Assembly: GCF_006345805.1 (NCBI RefSeq)
Contig: NC_043010.1
Span: 11,098,001 to 11,162,000 of the forward strand
From: Octopus sinensis
Lineage: Eukaryota
Direction: 5' to 3'
Length of the DNA stretch: 64,000 bases
Positions 1 through 13,573 of this stretch are shown piece by piece (within the stretch, counting starts at the first letter, position 1; each line of letters begins with the position of its first letter). The notes under the pieces were generated by a model. It had not been told where the DNA came from, did no database searches, and saw nothing but the letters and a program-made list of their open reading frames with translations. The translations under genes and the position numbers were made by a program.

Positions 1-552
1 AATACCAGTTGAGTACTGGGTTGTGTAATCGACGGATCTTTTTGGTTTGAACGGCAGTTTTTTTTAATAATTTCCACACAACTAAACCGTTTTAAACTTC
101 GTATACTGGTAGAATGTGTTTATAAAACATCTTTTTCTCTTGGCTTTATTGGAACAAGGGGGAAAGAACAGCAAAACTCTGCTGCAACAGCAGAAAAGAA
201 GTGGTGTCGACGACCGAAACAGCAAATTTTCACAATTTTCAGCACGAAAACAATCTTTTATTGCGGAGCAAAGAATAACACGACCAATAAAAGAGAGAGA
301 TGGGAGATGAGAACAAGAGAGGGAAGTGAGAGTGAGATGGCGAGAGAGGAAGAGAGAACAAGAAAGCGGAGAGAGAGAAGAGTCGGTGTTTTGAACGCGT
401 GCGCGTACGTGTGTGTGTGTTAGGATAAAAGACACACACGCATACGAAGTAAAGAGTTATCTCCACTTGGACCACATGCCGGGGGTTTCCTTCCTCCCCA
501 CCGTCTTCTTTCTTTTGTCTACGTAAACTATATTGATTATAGAATATACGCG

Positions 553-741
553 GAGGCAGCTAGCTAGCAGAATCGTTAGCACACCAGGCAAAATGCTTAT
601 GAGTTCAAATCCCGCCAAGGTCGACTTAGCCTTTCATTTTTTCAAGGTCAATAAAACAAATACCAGTTGAGTACTGGGGGTTATGTAATCGACTTACCCC
701 CACCCCAGAGTTGCTGGCCCTGGGCCAAAATTTGAAACCAA
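553..741 (+). mobile_element. SINE family B, short-tail variant, internally deleted
   Basis: GGCAGCTAGCTAGCAGAATCGTTAGC head, GAGTTCAAATCCC B-box-like motif and GGCCAAAATTTGAAACC tail, all shared with other copies in the window. Confidence 0.75.
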
Positions 742-1084
742 TATATGCATATGTGATGAAATGGAAAATCTAAATGGGAAACAGATTAAAAAATTATATC
801 AAAACCTTAAGTTAGTCCTAGATAAAATTGGTTAATGTTCTTTTATTCTTTTACTGGTTTCAGTCATGTGACTGCGGCCATGCTGGAGCACCACCTAATG
901 GCAGTAAAATTATCACACAATTGTCAAAACTATTGAAAGGAACTATGTCGATCATCCTTAAGAAATCTTCTTTGAAATATTATCAAACTGTAAGGCACCA
1001 TAACTTCACTATTCCTTTCTATATCACAACAATGTTATCATCTGATGTCAATGGAGAACCTTTCACAGTCAAGTATGTTGTCCA

Positions 1085-1208
1085 CCTGTATGTGTGTAGA
1101 TACATATGTATGTATTTATACACATACACACACACACACACGCATGCATGTATGTATGTCGACAACTGTGGCTCATCAACACACACACATGCATGTATGT
1201 ATGTATGT

Positions 1209-1243
<35 letters not shown>

Positions 1244-1455
1244 TGTATGTATGCATCTATATACAAACACACATGCATATATGTAAGTATTTACACACGC
1301 ACACACACGTATGTATGTATATAGACACCTCTGGCTCATCAACACACGCACATGCATGTATGTGTTTACACACACACACACACATGCATGTATGTATGTA
1401 TGTATTTACACACACACACATGCATGCATGTATGTAGACACCTGTGGCTCATCAG
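1085..1455. repeat. Compound (CA)n/(TATG)n microsatellite with a recurring GACA(A/C)CT(G/C)TGGCTCATCA spacer
   Basis: Spacer seen three times (~1161, ~1324, ~1437) between CA/TATG runs. Confidence 0.85.
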
Positions 1456-1775
1456 TTTTATTTGAGAGATGCCATTACATATCCATATGTGGCACAGCTC
1501 ATAATCAAGGCTGATAACTGATTCCTGCATGGAAGTTATATGTTCAAGTAGCTAGCGTTTGGCTCGTGTTCATAAGATTGTAGGTTCAATTCCAGGATGG
1601 GGTGGTGCATTGCATCCACAAGCAAGACACTTCCTATCATATTGCTCCAATACATTCAACTGAAATGAGTACTTGCTGGGTGCTGGTGCTACCCTCCCTC
1701 TTCAGCTGTTTCGCAAGGACAGGGGTTTGAGAAAGGAGAGCCAAATGAGTGATTACATCTGCCTGTGATTATACA

Positions 1776-2008
1776 TATTTCTTTACTGCCCACAAGGGGC
1801 TAAACATAGAGGGGACAAACAAGGACAGACAAAGGGATTAAGTCGATTACATCGACCCCAGTGTGTAACTGGTACTTAATTTATCGACCCCGAAAGGATG
1901 AAAGGTAAAGTCAACCTCAGCGGAATTTGAACTCACAACGTAACGGCAGACGAAATACCTGCTAAGCATTTCGCCCGGCATGCTAACGTTTCTGCCAGCT
2001 CGCTGCCT
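1776..2008 (-). mobile_element. SINE family B, near full length
   Basis: Reverse complement matches the copies at 40844-41248 and 45203-45517 over ~230 bp. Confidence 0.9.
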
Positions 2009-2344
2009 TCGTCTGCCTGTGATTATACAGGGACCTAAAACAATAAGCAAAAACATGGTATATTCCCACATACAAATAATAGCTAACTGTACCTTATCTA
2101 AATACTGTAAGGTAAACTACTAAAGTCTTTGTCTTTTTTATTATTTTTCAGACATTGCTTCAGGCATTGGACTGCAACCATGCTGGAGCATGACCTTGAA
2201 GGATGTAGGTTAACAAACTGACCCTAATACTTATTCTTTTTGGGGTTTTTTTTAGTTTGATGCTTATTTTTTTTCACCTGAACTGGATGAAAGTCATAGG
2301 GATATACAGAAACCAACAACAATTGTCAAGTGATTGTGGGAGAG

Positions 2345-2790
2345 ACAAACACAAAGACACACACACACATGCATGTATGCATATATCTACACACACACAC
2401 ACACACATGCATGTATGTATGAATCTATACACACATGTATGTATGTATCTACACACACACACACACACACACACATGCATGTATGTATGCATCTACACAC
2501 ACACACACATGCATGTATGTGTGTATCTATACACACACACATGCATGTATGTATGCATCTATACACACACACACATATACATGTATGTATGTATCTATAC
2601 ACACACACATGCACATGCATGTATGTATACATCTATATACACACACACACACACACACACACATACATGTATGTATCTATCCACACACACACACACATAC
2701 ACACAAACATGCATGTATGTATGTATCTATACACACACTCATAAACACACACACACATATACACACACTCATACAGGCATACATGCACTC
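2345..2790. repeat. Compound (CA)n/(TATG)n microsatellite
   Basis: Direct inspection; explains the HT/CMYV ORFs. Confidence 0.9.
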
Positions 2791-3251
2791 ATATATAAAT
2801 GGCAGGCTTCCACACAGACTCTGTCTATTAAATTCACTCATGAGGCTGTAGCAGTAGAAGACACCTGCTCAAGGTGCCTTGCTGCAGAACTGAACCCAAA
2901 CCTATGTAGTTGCAAAGCAAACTTCTTGACCACACAGCCACACCTGCCTGCACCCTTACAGGCATTTCACGAAATGAGTTCAAATTCTGTTGTGGTCAGC
3001 TTTGCCCTTCACCTCTGAAGTTGCTAGAGTAAAGTGCCAATCAAATATGGGGTTGGTGTAATTCGCTATATACCTTGCACAAATTTTAACAGAATGAGAT
3101 GATTGGACAGTGCTGCTTGGACATCAATGGTTTAGCATGGCTAACTGGACATTCAGCCTGCTTTGGTGACAATATGTTTTGGCACTAGAAGCAAACACAC
3201 ACGCGCACACATGCTTGCATGCACATGCATACACACACACACACATACACA

Positions 3252-3690
3252 GGTGCAGGCGTGGCTGTGTGGTAAGAAGCTTGACTTCACAGTCACAGAT
3301 TTCTGGGTTCAGTCCCACTACATGGCACTTTGGGCAAGTGTCTTCTACTACAGCTTTAGGCTGACCAAAACCTTGCAAATGAAATTGGCAGATGGAAAGT
3401 CCATTGTGTGTGTGTGCGTGTATCCGTGTGTGGGTATGCTTGTGTGTATGTATGTATGTGAATTCGTGTCTGTGCTTGTCATTCACCACCACCACCACTT
3501 GACAGCCAGTGCTGATATACTTACATCCCCCGTAACTTAGCAGTTCAGAAAAAGAGACTGATAGAATAAGTACCACACTTAAAGAAAATAAGTACTATGC
3601 TCAATTCATTCAACCAAAATTCTTCGAAGGCAGTGCTCCAGCATGGCTGCAGTCTAATGACTGAAACTAGTAAAAGATAAAAAAAGGAAA
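3252..3690 (+). mobile_element. SINE family A (tRNA-derived), older diverged copy
   Basis: A-box TGGCTGTGTGG, B-box GGTTCAGTCCC, TTGGGCAAGTGTCTT core and GCTCCAGCATGGC...TGACTGAAAC tail. Confidence 0.85.
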
Positions 3691-3847
3691 GATGTAGATA
3701 GAGTAAGAGGGAAAAAAGACTTTTCAATTTATTAAGTGAACATGGTTCATATAAACACTGTCCCTCTCCTCAGATGCATATAGTGAAATATAATCACACA
3801 CATAAACTGAGTGACAGAGGGGGAAGGGAGAGAATGGGAGAAACACT

Positions 3848-4619
3848 GGTTTCAAATTTTGGCACAAGGCCAGCAAGCTCAGGGCAGTGGGCTGCTAATC
3901 AATTACATTGACCCCCCAGTGTTTAACTGGTATTTATTTCATTGGCTCTCAAAGGATGAGAGGCAGAGTCAACCTCGGTTTGAATTTTAACTCAGAACGT
4001 AAAAACAGATGAAATGCCGTTAATCATATTGCCCAGTGTGTTAATAATTCTACCCGGTCGTGCCCTTCAGATTAGGAAGGATATTAGTTTCAAATTTTGG
4101 CACAGAGCCAGCAAGTCCGGGGGTAGAGATGGCGGCAAGAGCTAAGTCGATTACATAGACCTCAGTGTTTAACTGGTTCTTATTTTATACTAGCAGTATC
4201 ACCCAGCGTTGCTTGGGTTTGTAAGGGAAATAACTATATAAGCATTTTTAGAGAGTTACTTCCCTTAAAAAACCCGAGCAAAAATCATTAAAAATGCGGA
4301 AAAATGATGGTAAATTTTTTTTTAAATTGTAGACTCATCATACATGTGCGCTAATAGCCAGAAGGGCTCGATATGAATCACGTCTATAAGATACCCGGTT
4401 TTGGTTAAACTGCACCGCAAAATGTGGGAGTAGTTAGGAATCTAAATCGGAGTAGACAGACACACACACACACACTACTTTAGTTTTATATATAAAGATA
4501 TTTCAAAGGGATGGAAAGTAAAGCTGACCTTGGTAGAATTTGAACTCAGAACATCAAGACTGATGAAACACTGCTAAGCATTTCGCCCAGTGTGCTAACA
4601 ATTCTGTCAGTCCGCCACT
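3848..4619 (-). mobile_element. Two adjacent SINE family B copies; the second is interrupted by a Helitron
   Basis: GTTTCAAATTTTGGCAC ends at ~3849 and ~4087; the SINE sequence rejoins across 4190-4498. Confidence 0.8.
4190..4498 (-). mobile_element. Non-autonomous Helitron
   Basis: Minus strand reads A|TCTTTATATAT...CCCAAGCAACGCTGGG hairpin...GATACTGCTAG|T, with no TSD; homologous to 11645-12133 and 43850-44247. Confidence 0.85.
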
Positions 4620-4828
4620 CTAGGATAGGAGAAATATTGTTTTCTAATTTTGGCACAAGGCCAGCAATTTCTGGGGGGGGAGTAAATCAATTACATCAGC
4701 TCCCCAGTGTTCAAGTGGTACTTTATTTTAACGACCTTGAAAGGGTGGAAGGTTAAGTCGACCTCAGAGGAATTTGAAATCAGAACACAAAGGTGGATGA
4801 AATGTTGCTTAGCATTTTGCCCATCTTT

Positions 4829-4999
4829 TGCGTAGGAGTGGCTGTGTGGTAAGTAGCTTGCTAACCAGCCACATGGTTCCGGGTTCAGTCCCACTGTGTG
4901 GCATCTTGGGCAAATGTCTTCTGCTATAGCCTCAGGCCGACCAATGCCTTGTGAGTGGATTTGGTAGACGGAAACTGAAAGAAGCCTGTCGTATATATG

Positions 5000-5034
<35 letters not shown>

Positions 5035-5232
5035 TTGTGTGTCTGTTTTTGTCCGATGCTGGTGTGTTTATGTCCCCGTCAGTTAGCAGTTCAGCAAAAG
5101 AGACCGATAGAATAAGTACTGGGCTTACAAAGAATAAGTTCTGGGGTCTATTTGCTCGACTAAAGGCAGTGCTCCAGCATGGCCGCAGTCAAATGACTGA
5201 AACAAGTAAAAGAGAAAAAAGAGAGAGAGAGT
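4829..5232 (+). mobile_element. SINE family A nested in a minus-strand SINE B (4639-5262)
   Basis: Family A head, core and tail present; host SINE B resumes at ~5237; ATCTT on both sides. Confidence 0.9.
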
Positions 5233-5450
5233 ATCTTGCTAACGATTCTGCCAGTTTGCCACTTTGAATAGGAGGACTAATAAATGAGTACAAATTGTGA
5301 TGCTAAACAGCTGGTCCCAAAATGATTGTGCTAAAATGTCTCATAAGGAATTTCAGACCTTCTGTTGATGTTAGAAACCGTTATATTTTTAATATTCTAC
5401 CAATTATGCAATACTATTCCTCGCATTACTTTTATTCTACTGTTTATTTA

Positions 5451-5793
5451 GTGAAGGCGCATGGCTCAGTGGTTAGAGAGTCGACCTTACGATCGTGAGG
5501 TTGTGAGCTCGAATCCCGGACCGGGCTGCGTGTTGTGTTCTTGAGCAAGGCACTTTATTTCATGTTGCTCCAGTTCACTCAGCTGTAGAAATGAGTTGCG
5601 ACATCACAGGTCCCAAGCTGTATCGGCCCCTTTGTCTTTCCCTTGGATAACACTGGTGGCGTGGAGAGGGGAGGCCGGTATGCATGGGCGACTGCTGGTC
5701 TTCCATAAACAACCTTGCCCGGACTTGTGTCTAGGAGGGTAACTTTCTAGGTGCAATCCCATGGTCTGTGTCATGACCGAAGGGAGGTCTCAG
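5451..5793 (+). mobile_element. SINE family D (tRNA-like head, CORE-like centre), full length with 12-bp TSD
   Basis: TGGCTCAGTGGTTAGAG A-box, GCTCGAATCCC B-box; TSD ACTGTTTATTTA at 5439-5450 and 5794-5805. Confidence 0.9.
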
Positions 5794-6189
5794 ACTGTTT
5801 ATTTAACTAGAACACAACATGAAGACAGAATATTCCCAGCATTAAAATATGGTGAGAAACGAAAATACACCATAGGAATAAAACCAGAATGAAAATCTTC
5901 TAAAACTGTAAGTTTGTTATAACAGAAGGAAAAAAAGGAAAGAGAGAGAGAGAGAGAGAGAAAGGGGCAGTTTAAGAAAACTGATGTCTAAATCATAGAT
6001 TTGTTGAGTCTTACAGTGTTATAATGTTCGATAAGGTGTCAAAGAAAACATTATACAACAGATAGAAAATAGCTGCTGCTTGAGGAGAAGATAATTATAA
6101 TTTAGTTTCTTCTGTATATCCAAATATATCTATCTACACATACACACAAACTCACGGACACACAGACACACTCATGTGCATTATTTAAA

Positions 6190-6485
<296 letters not shown>

Positions 6486-7260
6486 CATTTCCTATTTCCA
6501 AGCCTCTCTCTTTTGTCTTCAAGAAATAATTACTTTTGACAAATGGCACCAACACAGTAATTTTGTCTGAGGCTAGAAAAAGCCAATGTAGAATCATAAG
6601 ACATCGGCCGTGACTTGCAGAAGAACTATTATTGGGGGGTTCTAGTTCTTCTAAAGGTCACATTGTAGTCAAAGTTTGACAGGAGGCCTGAGATTGTTAA
6701 CATTCAACTCCGTCGACATAATCAAGTTTTTTTTCTTAGCTCTCTGGAATAACATTTTACTGTTAACTGTTGCCTCTACAGAGCTATTCAATCAACAAAT
6801 TTTCATTTTCTGCACGTTATATATATATATATATGTGTGTATATATATTGTCAGTGAAAATTTTCTAACATTATTGTTTTTTTTTTTTGGTTTTTTTTTT
6901 TTTCTGACTGCTAAGAAAATAAATTAGATGTTATTGTGTCCTTGCTCCACTCAATTCTTCAAACACAAGCATGGAATGGTAATTATAAGCAGCAATACTT
7001 GGAGAAATCCCCTAAAGGAACATTACAACTCTGATACAGATGTTTAATCCAGAGATTTATTGTGATTTGCATTGATCCAGACTTGAAAAGCCATCTTCCG
7101 ATAAGTAGATGTAATTTTTATTGAAAAGCTCAAATACCACTGCTTTCGCTAATTTGTTTCAAGTTATGGCTTCAGCAAAAGCCAACACAACACAGCACAA
7201 TGTAGAGTGAAAAAACTCAATGCTTACTGAATACTGAACACCTGGATTTAATGGGGGGAC

Positions 7261-7639
7261 TATACATACATACATACATACATACATACATACATACATA
7301 CATACATGCATACATACATACATACATGCATGCATGCATACATACATACATACATACATACATACATGCATGCATGCATACACACATACATACACACACA
7401 TACATACATACATACATACATACACACACAAACATACATACATACATACATACATACATGCATACATACACAAACATACATACATACATACACAAACATA
7501 CATACATAATGTGTGTGTGTATGTATACATACATACATAATACATACATACATATACACATACATGCATACTTACATATGTGTGTGTGTGTGCACAATAT
7601 ACACATATTACACACATGCATCTGTAAATATATCATGCA

Positions 7640-7671
<32 letters not shown>

Positions 7672-7722
7672 GATAGATAGATTGATAGATAGATAGATAG
7701 ATAAGTAGATAGATAGGCAGAC

Positions 7723-7765
<43 letters not shown>

Positions 7766-7832
7766 GAGATAGATAAATAAAGATAGATAGATATATAGAT
7801 AGATAGATAGATAGATAGATAGACAGATGGAT
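7261..7832. repeat. (CATA)n followed by (GATA)n tetranucleotide arrays
   Basis: Direct inspection. Confidence 0.95.
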
Positions 7833-8387
7833 AGGTTTTCTATTTTAGTTGGTGACCTTTAATAACTGTAGTTTTCAACTTTTTACGACCACAACACATT
7901 TTGGCAAATCAATAATTATAATGGGGTACACTTAACATTTGATTCCCGAGATTTTGCGGGGTTCTTTTTTTTTGGTTCAGTCAGGAGAAAACTGTTGTGC
8001 CCATGGCCATAACACACCATCCAAGACCAGAGAAATAAACATAATAAATGCTGATTTGTAACCCATTTGCCTATGGCTTATTCTATATTCATGATCTTTC
8101 TATGTATATTTTATCAAGTAATCCAAAAGTAAAAGAATTTTTCTTTGAAACTATGATACTACAAACCAAACTGGTTCATGAACTTTAGGTTGATGGATAC
8201 TGTATCAGAACTTTCTTATTATTCTTGGATATAAGCACAGGTACAGTAAGAAATTTGCTTTCCAATCACAAGGTCCTGAGTTGAGCCACACTGTGTGGCA
8301 CCTTGGACAAATGTCATCGACTATAGCCTCAGGTTAACCAAAGCCTTGTGAGTGGATTTAATAGACAGAAACTGAAAGAACTCCATC

Positions 8388-8419
<32 letters not shown>

Positions 8420-8766
8420 TATATACTAGCACTATGACCCAGCGTTTCTTCAAGGTGGTGTCTCGGCATGGATGCAATCTAATGACTGAAACAAGTAAAA
8501 GATAAAAGATATAGCCTTGAGGTTAAGAAGTTTACTTCACAACCACATGAATCTAGTTTCAATCCCTCTCTACAGTACTTCAGGTAAGTGTTGTCTTCTA
8601 CTGTAACCTCAGGTTAACCAATGCAGTGCGAATGGAATTTAGTTGATAGTAATTCATCATGTAAATGTGCATATGTACGTATGTGTATGTTTGTGTCTGT
8701 ATATGTGTGTATGAGTCTCAATGTATATGTTTATTGATGTGTAAAGTTACATAGTATTCTTTCAAA

Positions 8767-9272
8767 CTAGTACTATGACCCCGTGTTGCTGGGTCTACTG
8801 CTAGTGTTTGTTGTTCGTTGCTGGGTCGCAGTAAAGATTTCTCACTAAATCAAGAGCTAAGTTCCTTATCACATTTCAGCCTGGGCCAGTTTTGTTGTTT
8901 ATGAGCTAATTGGAGCTTTTTATGAGACTAATTAATATTCATTAACTTCGGTTTTCACCCCTGGAATGGCATAATCATGGAAAATTAGCGGGGCTGTGCA
9001 CATGCCATTGCTCAGACAAAAAAGGAGGCAGAAGAAAGCGAAAAACTCGAATTTGGCCGCAAAATAACTTATGGGCATAAGGGGTCGGTTTATTGATTTT
9101 TTATTGGTTTTCTGGGGTGACAGAGAAAATGAAAAGATTTTCAGGACCACCCTCAGACAGTTTTGAAAGCCCATAGAAAATGCAAGCCTTTTATGTGAAA
9201 AACTGTGGATTTGTATAAAGGACACACAGACACACAGATACACAGATATTTTGCCGTTTATAGATATAGAGA
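8767..9272 (-). mobile_element. Non-autonomous Helitron, second family
   Basis: Plus strand starts CTAGTACTATGACCC...GGGTC (hairpin next to CTAG) and ends TATAGAGA|T (5'-TC on minus); shares GTGGATTTGTATAA block with 36596-37092. Confidence 0.7.
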
Positions 9273-9777
9273 TGTGTAAGTTGCCATGTAATGATTCAAC
9301 TAATAAGTATTGATATATTAATTAATAATTATCAGACTGAGATAAGCCCACATTTTTTCGCTTTGTTTACTTGCTGAGTCTGACCAATGCCAAACTGCTA
9401 CTTCTCTGCATAGAGAGATCACAGGTCTCGTATTGCTGGCATGAAATTCTAATCAAATCTTGCAGGAAAGAATCAGAAAGTGGATTCCTTAAGCTGAGCC
9501 AGTTGGCAGGAGACCTAAGAACGAGAGTGTTCCGAGGTGCAGCACAATGGGACTGAACTCAAGACCATGTGCTTGCAAAGCAAGCTTGTTAACTACACAG
9601 CCAGGTTTGCAACTATTTATGTCTTATGAAGAAAATAATATCTTAATTCATCTCCAGAGGAAAGATGCGCAGCAATCAAAGAAGTCAAGTACGGCACAGC
9701 AAGTTCAGATTAATGATGCTTTTAGACATATATTTGTGCACCCATTATCATATGTTGATGTGTTAACTTTACATCTA

Positions 9778-10120
9778 GGTGCAGGAGTGGCTGTGTGGTA
9801 AGTAGCTCGTTTACCAACCACATGGTTCTGGGTTCAGTCCCACTCCATGGCACCTTGGGCAAGTGTCTTCTACTATAGCCTCGGGGCCAACCAAAGCCTT
9901 GTGAGTGAATTTCGTAGATGGAAACTGAAAGAAGTCCGTCGTATATATTTATATATATATTGGTAAAATGGTAAGATAACAAAAGAAAGATTTTTCTTTT
10001 TTTTCATAGCGTTTTCAAATAGCCAGATAACCAAAGAGATGGCGTTGTGGATTCCCACTTCGGCATCTGAAACTCAGAGTTTTATCTTGACTATCGAGTA
10101 ATGTAACATATTATTTTATA

Positions 10121-10175
<55 letters not shown>

Positions 10176-10356
10176 ACATATGTTTGTGTCTGTGTTTGTC
10201 CCCACCAGCATCGCTTGACAACTGATACTGGTGTGTTTACGTCCCCGTAACTTAGAGATTCGGCAAAAGAGACCGATAGAATAAGTACTAGGCTTACAAC
10301 GAATAAGTCCTGGGGTCGATTTGCTCAATGAAAAGGCGTTAAATAAGTAAAAGAGT
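9778..10356 (+). mobile_element. SINE family A with an insertion in its central (TA)n
   Basis: Head 9778-9950, unrelated sequence ~9960-10120, 3' half ~10170-10356. Confidence 0.85.
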
Positions 10357-10849
10357 ATGCCTGCTTCATATATATAAATATACATATACTCACACAAACA
10401 CACACACACATATATATATGTATATGTAGTATATGTATATATAGGTGTGTGTGTACTAAGAATGGTCGTGAAGCATCAATATTATATAATCTATATTATT
10501 CAATCTTTCTATTATCTATTCTACTTGACTTGTTTGGGTTGCCCTCTTTTTACAAGTGTTCGCTCTGAGTCCATTCTTCTTCATCAAAGCAAATATTTAA
10601 ATTGACATATTGGAGCTGTCAGCAGCCATCTTGTGACAACATTTTTATTCAATCAATTAAATTCGTAGAAATGACATTTGCAATGGAAATAATAAGTAAA
10701 CATTAATAAAAAATACTAATAACGAATTCATTAAAAAAACATTTTACCTTGAAAATCTTAATGAAGAGAAATATAATTATTGGAAAAAGACGCTTAACAT
10801 TATTTCTTATAAAGGTTAGAATACCAGAAGATAGTCTCAGTTTCAGTCT

Positions 10850-11231
10850 CAGCCATTTGATTGTGGCCATGCTGGAGCACCGCCTTTAGTCGAGCAAATC
10901 GACCCCAGGACTTATTCTTTGTAAACCTAGTACTTATTCTATCGGTCTCTTTTTCTGAACCGCTAAGTGACGGGGACGTAAACACACCAGCATCAGTTGT
11001 CAAGTGATGTTGGGGGGACAAACACAGACACACAAACATATACACACACATATATATATACACATATACGACGGGCTTCTTTCAGTTTCTGTCTACCAAA
11101 TCCACTCACAAGGTTTTGGTCAGCCCAAGGCCATAGTAGAAGACACATGTCCAAGGTGCCACACAGTGGACTGAACCTGGAACCATGTGGTTGGTAAGCA
11201 AGCTACTTACCACACAGCCACTCTTGTGCCT
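10850..11231 (-). mobile_element. SINE family A
   Basis: Near full-length reverse-complement match to the family. Confidence 0.9.
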
Positions 11232-11352
11232 ATGCCTTCTGTATTTTTATAATTAAATATCATTTGGAATTGTCTAAGAAAGTTTAAAAAGATTTTGTGT
11301 ATTTTTTAAGTATAAGCAACTTATTGCACATAAATTTTAACAACAAAATCTT

Positions 11353-11469
11353 ATATGGACACCCCAAGGGTCATATGGACCCCAAAGGTCATATGGACCC
11401 CAAAGGTCATATAGACCCCAAGGGTCATATAGACCCCAAAGGTCATATGGCCTCAGTTGAGGACCACTG
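11353..11469. repeat. 18-bp tandem repeat (CATATGGACCCCAAAGGT, ~5 copies) next to a hAT-like terminus
   Basis: Units visible at 11353-11450; GTTGAGGACCACTG at 11456-11469 is the reverse complement of CAGTGGTCCTCAAC, resembling hAT/Charlie TIRs. Confidence 0.75.
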
Positions 11470-11644
11470 CTTTGAATAATGGTAGCACAGTAAAAGAGTG
11501 AAGTGGGGTCGCAGGCCACCTGTGATGATGCTTTTATGGGGGCAGCACTTTTGGGTTTTCTGTATAAGCCTGTACAGACTGTATTGCCAAGAGCGCGAGT
11601 GGTAAACTCAACGACTGCCATAGATGGCACACACTTTAGCTATA

Positions 11645-12133
11645 TCTTTATATATGAAAGTAAGGTTGTGTGTCTGTCTCCTACGATTTAGATTCCTAAC
11701 TACTCCCACATTTTGTGGTGCAGTTTAACCAAAACCGGGTATCTTATAGTCGTGATTCATATCGAGCCCTTCTGGGTATTAGCGCACGTCTACGATGAGT
11801 CTACGATTTAAAAAAAAAATTTACCATCATTTTTTCCATTTTAATGCATTTTTTCGCTATTAAATAAGGGAAGTAACTCTCTAAAAATGTCTACGATGAG
11901 TCAACGATTTAAAAAAAAAATTACCATCATTTTTAATGTATTTTTTGCTATTACATAAGGGAAGTAACTCTCTAAAAATGTCTACGATAAGTCTACAATT
12001 TAAAAAAAAAATTACCATAATTTTTTTCCATTTTTAAAGCATTTTTTTTGCTATTTTTTGGCTATAACTCTCTAAAAATGCTTATATAGTTATTTCCCTT
12101 ACAAACCCGAGCAATGCCGGGCGATACTGCTAG
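11645..12133 (+). mobile_element. Non-autonomous Helitron with an internal ~90-100-bp triplication
   Basis: A|TCTTTATATAT start, CCCGAGCAATGCCGGG hairpin (12106-12121), CTAG|T end. Confidence 0.9.
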
Positions 12134-12614
12134 TTACTGATAAATAAATTGTTTGATAACTCTCAGAAAACGAAAAGTTAGGCAAATTAATTTATTCCAT
12201 CTTTTCTACAACTGATTACATCTCATATGTTTGTTAGCTGTAGGGCAGAAGTCTCACCGTTGCTTCTGTGGTGGTGATTGTTTTGTATCTAGAACAGAAT
12301 TGTCCAGAAAATCTTCAACATACAAAAGATGGCATTAAAAGTTTAAAGGGAAAATTTGGCTATAGCTTGACAAGGATCACATAAGAAATAACCTTCCAAA
12401 AATGCCTTTGAAAGAATTTGACCTGTCTCAAAATTGTGGCCAAAATGATGTTGGTGATAATATCAACACGTCACCAGTATCTTCAATACCTGCCGCTAAG
12501 TAAACTTGAACCAAAGGTAATTTTACATTTTTTAAATAAAGTTTTCTAGGACATGTTTAATTGACAAGACAACTGATAATAGAATTCAACGAAGAGAAGT
12601 TTTGCACAGGAGTG

Positions 12615-13042
12615 GTGCAGGAGTGGCTGTGTGGTAAGTAGCTTGCTAACCAACCACATGGTTCCGGGTTCAGTCCTGCTGCGTGGCATTTTGGGCAAGT
12701 GTCTTCTGCTATAGCCCCGGGCCGACAAATGCCTTGTGAGTGGATTTGGTAGACGGAAACTGAAAGAAGCCTGTCGTATATAAGTATATGTATATATATA
12801 TATATGTATGTGTGTGTGTTTGTGTGTCTGTGTTTGTCCCCCTAGCATTGCTTGACAACCGATGCTGTTGTGTTTACGTCCCCGTCACTTAGTGGTTCGG
12901 CAAAAGAGACCGATAGAATAAGTACTGGGCTTACAAAGAATAAGTCCTCCTGGGGTCGATTTGCTCGACTAAAAGGCGGTGCTCCAGCATGGCCGCAGTC
13001 AAATGACTGAAACAAGTAAAAGAGTAAAAGAGTAAAAGAGTA
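12615..13042 (+). mobile_element. SINE family A, full length
   Basis: A/B boxes, core and (AGTAAAAG)n tail. Confidence 0.92.
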
Positions 13043-13573
13043 ACTAATAAACTTACATATAATGAAAAATCTAAAAGAAATGTGGTACCTATAAATAAAT
13101 CACCTTCAATATCCTGAGAGAATTAAGTCTATTTCATTTGCAAATGTTACTAGCTATAATGTCAAAGTTCACATTAGTAATGATCTTGTATCTCTTCTCA
13201 TTATTGGAAATGATATTTTACGTTGTAATAAAGAAGGTAATTCGAGATTAAGAAGGAGCCTTCTACCTTTATCAAAACGTCTGTCCATGAGGTTAATGAA
13301 TGGGGAACCTCTACACTTACTGACAGGTGTCAACATAAATAAGATTTAGCCTAAAGCAGCAAGATCACACAAAACACAGAGAATTCATTCAGAAAGATAT
13401 ATAATGTCTTCTAAATGAGAGAATTATTGCAGAGAGCAGAAGTCATGGCTCGCTCCAAGTTTTGTTACTAATTAAAAATTAAGGCCATGCTTATTTGTTG
13501 ACTATTCAAGACCAATTAATACTTTAAGCATGATGCGTTTCCACTGTCACTGATTGATTATCTCCTATTTATG

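Noticed and set aside
10545-10592. Minus-strand TTGATGA...GAAC-ACTT-GTA hammerhead-like string
   Set aside because: Both boxes are altered and stems I and II do not pair.
13321-13350. Possible 30-nt minus-strand exon (TTTAG|...TCA|GTAAGT)
   Set aside because: Plausible sites but no recognisable peptide, and its open phase does not match the candidate first exon at 57820; such pairs arise by chance.
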